Source: Octopus bimaculoides (Eukaryota). Taken from it: a stretch of 34,369 bases of DNA. A program made the translations under genes and the position numbers. Numbering within the stretch: the stretch's first letter is position 1; each line of letters begins with the position of its first letter. Below the pieces are notes generated by a model, which saw only the letters and a list, made by a program, of their open reading frames with translations, was not told the origin of the DNA and searched no databases. The DNA lies in NCBI RefSeq assembly GCF_001194135.2, contig NC_068994.1, positions 25,846,466 to 25,880,834 on the forward strand, given 5' to 3'. Shown here piece by piece: positions 11,620 through 22,649 of this stretch.

Positions 11620-12693
11620 CTAGACTATTTTCTATAGTCAACATTCACTCGCCACTGTTGAATCTTTATTATTTGGCCGCCACTTTTTAATGTCTTCAAT
11701 TCTGTTCTAATTGATTTCATATTTGGTGTATTGGTGTAGTTATGTAAGGTAATTATTGACATGAAATTAATTTCCGCCATGAATCAATAAATAAAGAGTT
11801 AATAGCTTTTAAAGTTTACAAATTTTGGGTAATTTTAGCCAATCGAAAGCCAGACATATAGGTGCCTGTTTCCATAGTAACAAGCCAAGCTGTCACCAAG
11901 CTGATGACTAGCTGACCAGTTAGGTGGTCAGCTTTTGCTTATTAAATGCTTAAAACACATGAGATGTGCAAAAAATAACAGGTAACTAGGCCTTAAATCA
12001 CGCACTAAAATTCTTTTTTTGGAAGGTTGGTGCATAATCGTATGAATTCCCCTGTGTAGAATAGAAATTTGCAAACATTTTCTGAAAATTCTAAAAAATT
12101 ATGAGGGGTTATGTGGTGTGCGTAAAGCAGAATTCCGCCAATATTTCATTTTTTTACAGTTTGATATTAAAACACGTGCTATCGTTGCAATGTTGACAAC
12201 ACGTGTAGTCACGCACAAAATGGCAGCTTCCAAATCCTGTTTTCTGAGTGGGTAAAATTATCAAACTTTAAACTTCTGAACCTTTAGAAAAAAAAAAAAA
12301 CTCTCTAGAACAAGTGAGATTCAGCGTGAAAAATTACATCAATCCACCAAGTTTGGAAATTTTCACTTAATTTTAAATTTCAAAAAGTGCAGCCAAATAG
12401 AAAAGATCCCCACCATTTCTTATTTCACGCAGAATTCTATATATAATATCTATATGTAACATCTAATATTCATATCTAATACCTATGTCATTGCAATATA
12501 AAACAATGTACGCCAGATATATCTAATAGAAAATACAAGCAAATACATAGAGAATTACGAATATTAAAATGAACAATTAGAAAAATTAATATTTATTTTT
12601 ATTAATATTCATATTTTTTGCTGTATTTTACTTGTATATGCTTGAATGTATATTTGCACACATACGCACACGCACACACATACACGCATTCAC

Positions 12694-12754
<61 letters not shown>

Positions 12755-13399
12755 GTGAGTGAGTGAGTGAGAGAAAGAAAGAAAGAAAGAAAGAACGAAA
12801 GAAAGAAAGAACAAAAGGAAGAAAGAAAAAGAGAAGGTTGATTGAAAGAAGGAGTATAAGAGTGAGAGAGAAATTATGGAAAAGATACGAGAGGCGAAAT
12901 ACGGTCAATATGTGACCCCAAAAGGTCAGAGAGCCACGAGAAGAGACAGAAGGAGGAAGAAGAGAGAGAAGAGAGATGGAGTATGTCTTGTGTTTGTGTT
13001 TGTGTTTGTATGTGAGAGAGGGAAAGAGAAATGACTGTTAGATCAAGAATAAAAATTAGAAGGAGGGAAAGACAAATGAAATAAGGTCACAAAGTGAAAC
13101 CTTGAGGTCAAGGGACCTTTGACAATACAAAAGTTCTAATTTAGTAATTTCCTCATTTTTCTCTATTAAACAAACAGGGTTAATAAGGTTAAGGTCAACT
13201 TCAAGTTGTGTGTGAAGGACGATGTGACCTTATTGTCAACTTTAACACGTACGCATGCATACTTATACAAACATACGTACATACACGTACATACACGCAC
13301 GCACACACACGCACACACGTATGCATGTAGTCAACACAAGTGATTCTCTTCGTTGTATATTCACCTATTCTTTATTCAACGGAAGATACTTTATCTCTT

Positions 13400-14130
13400 T
13401 TCACAGCGGCCCTAAAAATGCCATTCTTTCCACACACACCGACTGGCAACAAAATCGTCCAGTCTAGTGATAAGATAATTTTTCGCGGCCGCCCCTGGCC
13501 CGATCTTATACAGTCAGGACATGTGGTCTAACTTGTGACACTTTGACATAATTAGAATGAATAGTCATGGTCTTCACATGCTCCAACTACATTCTAAACT
13601 GGATCTTTGTAATACGTAATACATCATTCCGTCAGAAGCTCAAATATGAAATTACCTGGGTCCATTCTCAACCAAAATAGGTTAATCTTATTGACCTTGT
13701 ACTTATGTATGTTTACTTATTGACAATATATAAACATGACATTTGTGATCTTTGTAGCCATACGTGGGGGCTAAGTGTTGACGAATCACTGCCTAGTACG
13801 AGCAAGACTGAAGGTAAATGTTAGGGAAAAATTTACACCAGTTTAGACATAAAGGTTCCGAAATGGTTAAATGTTAACAAACTCCGATATCCTATAATAA
13901 CTGTAGCTTTTCGTAAAGTTCTTGGAAATTCAGCATCTGATGGTTCATCGCCAGACCTCAAACAAAAGGGTTGGTTCAATTAAAGTAACCTAGAAATATT
14001 TGATCATATATCACACCACAACTTGTTCAATCCTAAATTACCTGCAGAGGAATTTTTGAAGACAGAAATTATTGAAGTGCCATAGATCAGAGAGAGAACT
14101 GAGACAACGAAGAACGCGTGGTAGTTGACC
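13400..14130 (+). pseudogene. RTE-clade LINE, apurinic endonuclease region, heavily decayed
   Basis: DKIIF.G, then HFDIIRMNSHGLHMLQLHSKLDLCNT (compare RTE GKMNSNGLLLLxLCxExxLxITNT), QKLKYEITWVHS and LVRARLKV. Multiple frameshifts. Confidence 0.7.
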
Positions 14131-14154
14131 AAATCTATAGTTATTCAACTAGAC

Positions 14155-14499
14155 CAGGGATTCTCAATCATTTTTTTATCTATGGACCCCTTTGATTACC
14201 ATTTTATTCTGGTGGACCCCCATAGCCATTCGAGGTTTAAAAACTAGTCTTATAGAGTGTTATTTATTAATGTTTTCGCACATTAATTTATGTAGGCTGA
14301 ACTATGTAAAATGTTGGAGAAAGAAACTTAGATGTTTCTTGCAATACATACCAACGCATACATCTAAAGCCAAATTTTTCGGGGACCCTTAAAATACTAT
14401 TGTAGATCCCCAATTTACTATTTTGTTGTGTGGACCCCAAAAATCTTATATGGACTCACAGGGGCCATATGGACACTGGTTGAGAACCACTGACCACTG
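14155..14499. mobile_element. hAT (Charlie-type) MITE
   Basis: TIR CAGGGATTCTCAA / TTGAGAACCACTG with a perfect 8-bp TSD AACTAGAC (14147-14154, 14500-14507) containing the CTAG core typical of Charlie targets. An extra ACCACTG is duplicated at the right end. Confidence 0.92.
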
Positions 14500-14599
14500 A
14501 ACTAGACTTTGATACTAAAAACAAAAATAAGCTCCAAACAACAACGTACAACTTATTAAGACAAGTTTTGGGCTATTAATCAACTAATTTTCTAGTCTG

Positions 14600-15570
14600 T
14601 TTCCACAGATCGTTACCATGAAAGATAACAATGTGGGAAAATCTCAAGAATTGATGGTATACCAGCTGAGATTATTAAGTGGGATGGGGATGTGGTGGCT
14701 TATCTTGTCAACGTGTTTACCAGTCGCTCAAGGTTAGAGAAAAGCAATACTGATTTCGCTATACAAGAAGTGCGTCATGTCAAACTGTAGTAACCTTCAT
14801 AGTATTTCCTGACTTGTATTTTGCATTCGTTTGGTGTCAGCACAGGATGTCCCGAGACGAGATGGTCTATTGTTTCGTCAAATTTATCGCAGAATCTGCA
14901 TTTGGGGTTAGAACCGTTTTGAAGAACGTTTGACTGCTAGTTTTTGGTAAGCAAGCTTTGATCTTGTGCCACCAATATGAAACCTTCAGTCTCTGCTTTC
15001 AGTCCTGAGCTTCTCGGGCACTGATGGATTGTTGCTTGGTCTACATCAGTATTTCGGTTTCGAAGTATATACCTTCCATGCAGAGGCTTCTGGCTTCACC
15101 GCAGCTCAATTTGTTTCTGCCCGTTCTTTTTTGCAGTCTCTTTGATCTGTTTTGCTTTTTTCGTGGCAGTGGTTTCAGGTTCTTCATCTAATTCAGAGTT
15201 AATGCGAAGTTCTCTTGCTTCCTTGACAATAGAATGTGATGTTTTGCTGCTTTCATATTTGCACACAAGCCGCAGTATCCAGTCCTCTGTACTAGATAAG
15301 TATTTGTTCATTGCTATTGTGGAGGTCTTATAGCACAGTTTTCCCCCCATTAATTCTAGATAGGTATAGACGATTGACGTCTGCTTTTGGGTGGAGCATC
15401 TTCTTAGATGTTAGTAATTTACTTGTCTTCCTGTCCAGGCGTTGGAGTTCTGTAAGATTCCAGTTAATGATATTAAAACTGTATTGGTCTACTGGAAGTG
15501 CCAGGGTGTTAATGGCTTCGATGCGATTTCTAGAATTGAGTTCTCTTTTTAGTATGTCTTATTCTCCTGT
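14600..15570 (-). pseudogene. R4/Dong-like RLE-LINE, post-RT and zinc-knuckle region
   Basis: ELNSRNRIEAINTLALPV.QYSFNIINW; HPKADVNRLYL; GLKAETEGFILVAQDQSL; PKCRFCDKFDETIDHLVSG. Confidence 0.88.
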
Positions 15571-15972
15571 AATACAACACTTCGCAAATATCTCCTTTGA
15601 GTAAAACCACCAATAAAAGAGAATATGACCAAAGACTGCGTGTACTCCACCCCATGCAGCTGTGCTAGGTTATACAAAGGCGAAACATGGCGCCACCCCA
15701 CCCCAAAAATAAGGGTAGACGAACATCGCAAAGCTATGGCACGAGGAGATATTGATAAATCGGGTATAGCTGATCATGTATGGAAAAATGGAGACTACCT
15801 CCTCCTGTGGGATGAAGTTAAAATAATAGACAAAGAACACCACTGGAAAATACGAAAACTGAAAGAAGCACATATGTTAGGACACAACAACCTCTTAAGC
15901 AGATCGAGTGCAGATATGAGCAGCATATGGGAACCGGTATTACGGAAGGATAGAAAAATATTAGATTTATAA
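15571..15972 (+). pseudogene. Penelope-like element GIY-YIG endonuclease, 3' fragment (Poseidon/Penelope-like)
   Basis: TTLRKYL..VKPPIKENMTKDCVYSTPCSCARLYKGET...KIRVDEHRKA...KSGIADHVW...WDEVKIIDKEHHWKIRKLKEA, ending at stop 15970-15972. Confidence 0.88.
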
Positions 15973-16001
15973 GCCCTAAAATTCAATCCATAATTGCCCA
16001 C

Positions 16002-16247
16002 GGGCATATGGCGTAGTGGTTAAGAGCGCGGGCTACTAACCCCAAGATTCCGAGTTCGATTCCAAGCAGTGACCTTAACAACAACAACAACAACAATAAT
16101 AATAATATCGAAAAATACCTTAGGAATGAGAACCCAGTTTCGAAATTTCGTCAAGACACCTGAAGAAGGCTGGAGGGTATATCAGCCGAAACGCTGTGTT
16201 AACAATAAACAAGATGAGGACAAATATCCGTTGAATGTAAATAATGT
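16002..16247 (+). mobile_element. tRNA-headed SINE-like unit with a hammerhead-bearing PLE-type tail
   Basis: Box A TGGCGTAGTGG (16009-16019), box B GAGTTCGATTCC (16052-16063), an (AAC)n(AAT)n linker at 16076-16105, an HHR motif at 16155-16200, and a tail ending GTAAATAATGT. Confidence 0.85.
16155..16200 (+). ncRNA. Minimal type I hammerhead ribozyme motif; this copy is probably inactive
   Basis: GACAC-CUGAAGA-A-GGCUG-(10 nt)-CAGCC-GAAAC-GCU-GUGUU. Stem I is 5 bp and stem II is 5 bp. The triplet GCU has C where U16.1 is required. Confidence 0.8.
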
Positions 16248-16879
16248 GCACTGTTGCTGTTTTCATGTGGTCTACCATGGGATATTTGAGTCCTACTTTG
16301 GTTAATTTCAGCGTCAGTTAACCTTTTAATCTTAATGATATCAGTAGGTACATAACTTAATTTATTTGCGTTTATATATTTGCGTACTTCGTTGCCTACA
16401 AAGTTTCTCCATAAAATGTAAGTTTGTACAATGAGGTTATTATTTGGGCTTAGTTGGGTTGTATAGCAAGCTTTCAACACATCCCTACAATCCTCTCTAG
16501 TCCATTTTATGCGTTTTGCTTTGGGCGTTGTTTTTGGTGGTGCCACTACAGGTCTAGGGTTACGTTTATCCTGGTTCTGGTTACCTGGTAGTTGTTTTTT
16601 TTTCTTGAGAGAGTTTGTCCCAGCGACACACTTTTCGACCCCAGTCTGGTTCCCCACCAGGTAACGCGGTCTTTGTCCCGAGCGATGACCAATGCGGCAT
16701 GAGTTTTGACTTATCATTAAAGTATTGACGGTGACAATAGGAAACGGGTCTGTTTGTTCAAGGTTGACTTTTTGACATGATACCGTCTCCTTGTTCTTCG
16801 AATGGATATATTTATCGTATAGTAGGCTGATAGACCGAAAATCGCCTCTATTTATTTTGGTAGCTATGTTTCCGGACAT
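16248..16879 (-). pseudogene. R4/Dong-like RLE-LINE, N-terminal ORF region
   Basis: KRIKWTREDCRDVLKACY...TYILWR...INANKLSYV..DIIKIKRLTDAEI is the typical N-terminal motif of this LINE group. The frame is open for about 210 codons from ATG 16879. Confidence 0.78.
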
Positions 16880-17576
16880 AACTGTTTGGTGATGTTTTAA
16901 CCCGAGGGACCAATTTGCTCTTTTTATATTCGTTTGTAGAAATTGTTTTTGTTTGGTACGGCTTTGTTTTTGTTTGGTACGGCGTCGCTCGTGACACGTG
17001 TTTTTCTTTTATTGTCTCTATGTGTACGCGTGTGTCGTGTAGGCATTATTTATGTTGCTTGTAAATATTAGCATGTGCATATGTATGCATATAAAGGTAA
17101 TTATTCAATTTACGTACTTATTGTGTAATTAGTGTGTTTTTCCAGGGTTCCTGGTGCTGTTTTCGACATCTTGCATATGTCACATTGAGACATCACGTAT
17201 TTAACAAACAAACTACACTGTATGTAACAAAAATCTTTCCGATTTTTTAGTTCCTTTGCTTTAACAGGACTTTTCTCATAGTTGTATCGCGAAGTTTTCC
17301 TTCCATTGCTCCGATGTTATTGGATTAAGTTTGTTTGGTAGAGAGAGCTTTTTAGTGTACGTTCATGTTGTTACTTATCCCACTTTTGATCTGCATGGTT
17401 GTTACAATCACTTGCCGAGACACACCCAGCGTCCTAAAGCGAGTGAATGATAGGAAGTGTTACTGTATGATTAAAAGCTTGGGGAGGGCAAGTGGGTAGG
17501 AGCAGTAGCGAAATATCTTCATATAATACAATACAAACATTTTAAATGGATAGGGTTTTTCTGAGGATGTGGTCAG

Positions 17577-18415
17577 GGATCTTTCTGAATTGACGGGCAC
17601 CACTTTTCATTTATGTTTTATGTAGTGTTTTTGGTACCGAAACACTTTCAAACTTCGTATACTTGTATATTTTGTGTTATAGAACAGATAAAAACTTTTG
17701 TATTCGAAGTTATTTCCAGTAAAAAATTGTCGTATTTCGGTAATTTCAACCAATCACTGACGTCTATTGAGGTGAAAACAATTACTGCTATGGAATATAA
17801 ACAACATGTTCTAGCGGTGTAATGCGATCTTTTCCCTTGAATAAAATTAGTGCCGTTGTTTGTCAACAACAACTATCGGCGGTACTGTTATTTATAATAT
17901 CGTTCGTGCGTTTGTACTGGTTTTAGCTTTAGGGTTTTAGGGTTAAGGTTCGGGTTTTAGAGTTAGGGTTAGTCTTAGGGTATGGGTTAGGGTTAGGGCT
18001 ATGATTATTTTTGCCCTAACCTAACTCATAACCCTAACCCTAAAACCCTATAACTCATAGCCCTAACCCTAACCCTAAAACCCTAACCCTAACTCTAAAA
18101 CCCGAACCCTAACCATAAAACCCTAAACCCTTACTAGGGAATAACGATATAATTACCAGGGAATAATGATCTTGACACCGGCAAAAATTATTGTTTACAA
18201 AAACAGCAGTAACTGTATTCAGCTGAATAGACGTCAGTGATTGGTTGGAATTATAGAAATACGACAACTTTAACATGAAATAACTTGCAATGTAGACATT
18301 TTTGTTAAGAAGGCTAAGAGAAAAAGATGTTTTATATGACACATTCTACCAGTATCCCAAGTTTGAAAGTGTTTCGTTAAGAAAGCAAGTGGTGCCCGTC
18401 AATTCAGAAAGATCC
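17577..18415. mobile_element. 839-bp foldback DNA transposon (Merlin-like) with internal telomere-like arrays
   Basis: Perfect 28-bp terminal IR GGATCTTTCTGAATTGACGGGCACCACT. Imperfect inverted arms run across nearly the whole element. Perfect 8-bp TSD GTGGTCAG (17569-17576, 18416-18423). Confidence 0.88.
17928..18130. repeat. Degenerate (TTAGGG)n / (CCCTAA)n head-to-head interstitial telomere-like arrays
   Basis: G-rich array at 17928-17998, a 15-bp spacer, then a C-rich array at 18014-18130, with variant units TTTTAGGG, TTCGGG, ATGGG and TTAGAG. Confidence 0.9.
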
Positions 18416-18704
18416 GTGGTCAGTACTTGCCAGCACAATCTTTTGGATTTCTCTGAGACATGGTTCTCCTGAGATATTATCTAGGTGTTTCTGACATTCC
18501 TTTTTAATCATACCTAGGGCACCCACAATAACAAGTACAGTTCTCGCTTTAAAATACAGTCGGCCCTGTGGTAGCAACTGCTTTCTAAATGCTTGAACAA
18601 AACCTGATAAATATCCCGTACCTCTTTAATAGTATTTTCTTCGACTCTACATGGTGCCAAAGTATTTTCAAAGATTAATCTCATTTGCACATACAATCAA
18701 AAAC

Positions 18705-20915
18705 CCATTGACACAGGCTATTCCGAAAACGGCCATCATCATCCACTTCGGCCTTTTCGAATTCCCCAGAATGTCATTTGGTCTGTGAAATGATTCTTCA
18801 ACTTTCCAGCTCTTCATCGATATTGTAGTCCGGGGTTTACCATATCTCTGCGTACATTGGTGACTTGGTCGTTGCCAGCGCAAAGGAAGACGAGCACGAA
18901 AAACATTTGCGGTTGCTTTTCGATCGACTTTCTATTGAGAAAGACGATATTGTTATCAACCCCAATAAATGTCTTTTCAGTACTTCTTCTGTAGATTTTC
19001 TGGGACACCGTATAGATGGGAAAGGAATTCACCTCCTCAGCTAGAGAGTTGAGTCAGTTTTAACTTTTCCCACTTGATCAATTTTAACTTTTCTCGGCTT
19101 GATCAATTCTTATCGCCGATTTATTGCTCGCTGTGCGGAGTTTATGCAACCCCTCACAGACGTTCTCCGACATCGTATAAGAAAAAAAAAAACAGCCCAT
19201 CGCTCTTGATGACACAGAGTCTGCGGCGTTTAATGAAATCAAGAAGGCCTGAGCTGATGCCACCATGTTAGTTCATCCAAAGCCTGATGCTCTACCCTGT
19301 TTGTTAGTCGATGCATCAAATGCTGGTTTTGGTGGCGTTCTTCAACAGAATGTTAACGGAACCTGGTAACCGCTTTCCTTTTTCTCCAAGCAACTGAAAC
19401 CGACCGAAATAAAATGCAATACTTTTCGCAAAGAATTGCTAACATCAATTAGTGTGAAACATTCCCGGCACATGCTGGAGGGTTTTGTGTTTTCTATCTA
19501 CACAGATCACAAGCTTGATCGTTACTTGCTAATGGAAATTCGGCACCTTGATTTCATATCCCAATACACCACTGATATTCGGCACCTTAAAGGTTCGGAT
19601 AATTCTGCTGCTGGCACACTTTCTCGTGTCCACACCGATGCACAACACAGTTGCCTCTATCGATCTTCAAGGGTTAGCCATCGACCAGGAAAATGATGAA
19701 GAACTTCTCAAACTTCGAAATTCTTCCTTTTCTCTCTCTTTCAAACTTCCTTCTCTACCCTCTTCTGGTAATTTTTGGTGCGACATCTCTACGGATCATG
19801 AAAGTCTCTATGTTCCAAAGAAGCACAGGTATTTGGGTTTTTTTTTTTGCTCTGCACAATCTCTCGCATCCTGGAGCAAATTCCACCCTGAAGTTGATCG
19901 CTGTCCGATTTGTGTGGGCTGGAATTAACAAAATGTCAGGGAATAGGCCAACAGTTGTATCACTTGTTAGAACGCGAAAGTTCATCGTCACATCAAATCA
20001 CCTCTTGGAACTTTCTCATCACCAGATGCACGTTTTCAATGTGTGCATGTTGACATCGTCGGACCACTGCCACCGTCTCAAAATTATACAAACCTTTTGA
20101 CCTGTGTGGACCGTTATTCTCGGTGGCCTGAAGCCATCCCTGTTCAGGATACCACAGCAGATACGGTAGCTAAAGCCTTACTGCAACATTGGATTGTAAA
20201 TTTTAGTACACCCGCTACCATTACAACAGACAAAAGACGTCAGTTCGAATCTAGTCTCTTCCCGAAATTGACACGCCTTTTTAGATGCAAAAGATCACCA
20301 ACAACTGCTTACCATCCTGCCGCCAACGGTATGGTGGAACAGTTCCACCGACAACTGAAATCTGCTCTAAGAGTTTACCAACACAATAGCAAATGGCTGG
20401 AATACCTACCCCTCATTTTTCTTGGAATTTGTTCCACTGTAAATGAAGAAATTGGAACTACTCCGGTCGAACTGGTGTATGGACAAACGATCACTCCTAC
20501 CTGGAAAAACGATCACTCTACCTGGATAAATAATCACTCCTGTCGCTTACAAGGACTGCGAAGATCCAGCAAACTATAGTCATCGCTTCAGGACTACATG
20601 ACAAGTTTACCATCTATTGCTCTGCGTTCTCAAAATGTCACCACCATCAGCTATTCATCTGATATCCAGCAATGGATTTATGTTTTTGTGCGAAACGACC
20701 TCCACTTTAGCCACCGTATTCAGAACGCCGAAGTATTTCGTCCTGGATATCAATAGATATCAATGGCAGAAAAGACTCAGCATCGAATTTGAAATATCAA
20801 CCATATCAGCTGATGCAATAACATCAGCATATTCTTAAGCTGATACCTCCACATCTGCTCCAGTGACAACAACAAGAACAGGCTGGCAAGAGCACTGGCC
20901 ATTTCGATTTGTGCA
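18705..20915 (+). pseudogene. Ty3/Gypsy pol relic: RT, RNase H, integrase
   Basis: IPKTAII.HFGLFEF.RMSFGL; AYIGDL (YxDD mutated); KCLF...VDFLGH; VDASNAGFGGVLQQ; YTDHK; HVDIVGPLPPSQNYTNLLTCVDRYSRWPEA; TTAYHPAANGMVEQFHRQLK; terminal TTTRTG...W. No LTR found. Confidence 0.93.
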
Positions 20916-21303
20916 GTACAATAACTAAAAAAGAAATTTCTGTCAATGATACATATTTGATTTTTTTCTCTCTATTCATATATGTATATTCAGTTCTTTT
21001 CTAGTATTTTTACAATCATGCTCTTGACTACAATTCTGATTTCTTCTGCATGCTGTTCATTAAAAAAAAAGACTGGCCTAGCTGAAGAAATGACTTGATA
21101 GCTGATCGACCACAGAATTTCCTCGTCTGTCTCCACAGTCACACGAAGAAAAATAACATCCCAACTCTCCACAATTTGATCGTTCGTCGCAACGACATCT
21201 TTCCTCGTAAGCGAAGAAAATAAATACTTCCTTAATTTAAAATCTCTCAACCAGATTTTTGTCTTTATCATAACTCCATCTTCGTTACATATAAATAGAT
21301 AGA

Positions 21304-21392
<89 letters not shown>

Positions 21393-22229
21393 CTTGGAAA
21401 ATCGCTATATTCAGCAATGTTTTTTTAGGATCCCGCTGAGGTGAACAGAGCTTTTCATCCCTCCGTTACAGGTAAAATACCAGTAGATATTCTCCCTCTC
21501 TCTCCTTCTCTCTCCCCCCTCTCCTCTCTCTCTCTCTCTCTCTCTCTCNNNNNNNNNNNNNNNNNNNNNNNNNNNNNNNNNNNNNNNNNNNNNNNNNNNN
21601 NNNNNNNNNNNNNNNNNNNNNNNNNNNNNNNNNNNNNNNNNNNNNNNNNNNNNNNNNNNNNNNNNNNNNNNNNNNNNNNNNNNNNNNNNNNNNNNNNNNN
21701 NNNNNNNNNNNNNNNNNNNNNNNNNNNNNNNNNNNNNNNNNNNNNNNNNNNNNNNNNNNNNNNNNNNNNNNNNNNNNNNNNNNNNNNNNNNNNNNNNNNN
21801 NNNNNNNNNNNNNNNNNNNNNNNNNNNNNNNNNNNNNNNNNNNNNNNNNNNNNNNNNNNNNNNNNNNNNNNNNNNNNNNNNNNNNNNNNNNNNNNNNNNN
21901 NNNNNNNNNNNNNNNNNNNNNNNNNNNNNNNNNNNNNNNNNNNNNNNNNNNNNNNNNNNNNNNNNNNNNNNNNNNNNNNNNNNNNNNNNNNNNNNNNNNN
22001 NNNNNNNNNNNNNNNNNNNNNNNNNNNNNNNNNNNNNNNNNNNNNNNNNNNNNNNNNNNNNNNNNNNNNNNNNNNNNNNNNNNNNNNNNNNNNNNNNNNN
22101 NNNNNNNNNNNNNNNNNNNNNNNNNNNNNNNNNNNNNNNNNNNNNNNNNNNNNNNNNNNNNNNNNNNNNNNNNNNNNNNNNNNNNNNNNNNNNNNNNNNN
22201 NNNNNNNNNNNNNNNNNNNNNNNNNNNNN

Positions 22230-22523
22230 AGCGGCACATGGTTTAGTAGTAAGAGCAGAGGGATCACGAGTTCAAATCTCAGACCGGGCGATTTGTGTCT
22301 TTTTGAGCGAAACACCTAAGCTCCATGCGACTCCGGCAGAAGGTAATAGCGAATTTGTGCTGACTCTTTCGTCACAACTTATTCTCACCCTTTTTACCTG
22401 CATCTAGCAGCTCACCTGCAACGGACCGGCGTCCCGTCCAGGTGGGGAACCTATATGCCAATAAAACTGGGAAACCGGCCCTTATGAGCCAGGCATGGCT
22501 CGAGAAGGAACAAACAACAACAA
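22230..22523 (+). mobile_element. tRNA-derived SINE, near full length, with a V/Meta-like central domain
   Basis: Box A-like TGGTTTAGTAG, box B GAGTTCAAATC, core CCTGCAACGGACCGGCGTCCCGTCCAGG, and tail GGCTCGAGAAGGAAC(AAC)n. Confidence 0.8.
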
Positions 22524-22649
22524 TATATATGTATGTATGTATATATGTGTGTGTGTTTGTGAATGTGTGTGTGTGTGTGTGTGCGTGTTTATAAGTCACA
22601 AAATGTATTATTTGTATCCTTCACATTATTAGACTCTTTCCCATCTTTA

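Larger units (their letters stand above)
17543..18696 (-). pseudogene. R4/Dong-like LINE 3' coding end, split by an inserted DNA transposon
   Basis: IVGALGMIKKECQKHLDNISGEPCLREIQKIVLAST (about 18530 to 18420) continues in frame across the insertion as DHILRKTLSI-stop (17576 to 17543). Confidence 0.85.

Noticed and set aside
11901-11940. CTGATGA followed by a hairpin, as a possible hammerhead
   Set aside because: No GAAA after the stem and no stem I or III partner.
16002-16074. Functional tRNA gene (apparent ACT anticodon loop); likewise the heads at 6.4, 22.2, 24.8, 26.3 and 27.1 kb
   Set aside because: The acceptor stems do not pair and each continues into SINE body sequence, so they are SINE heads.
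17928-18130. Ancestral chromosome end-to-end fusion site
   Set aside because: The arrays sit inside a TIR-bounded element with a perfect 8-bp TSD that interrupts a LINE codon run, so insertion explains them.
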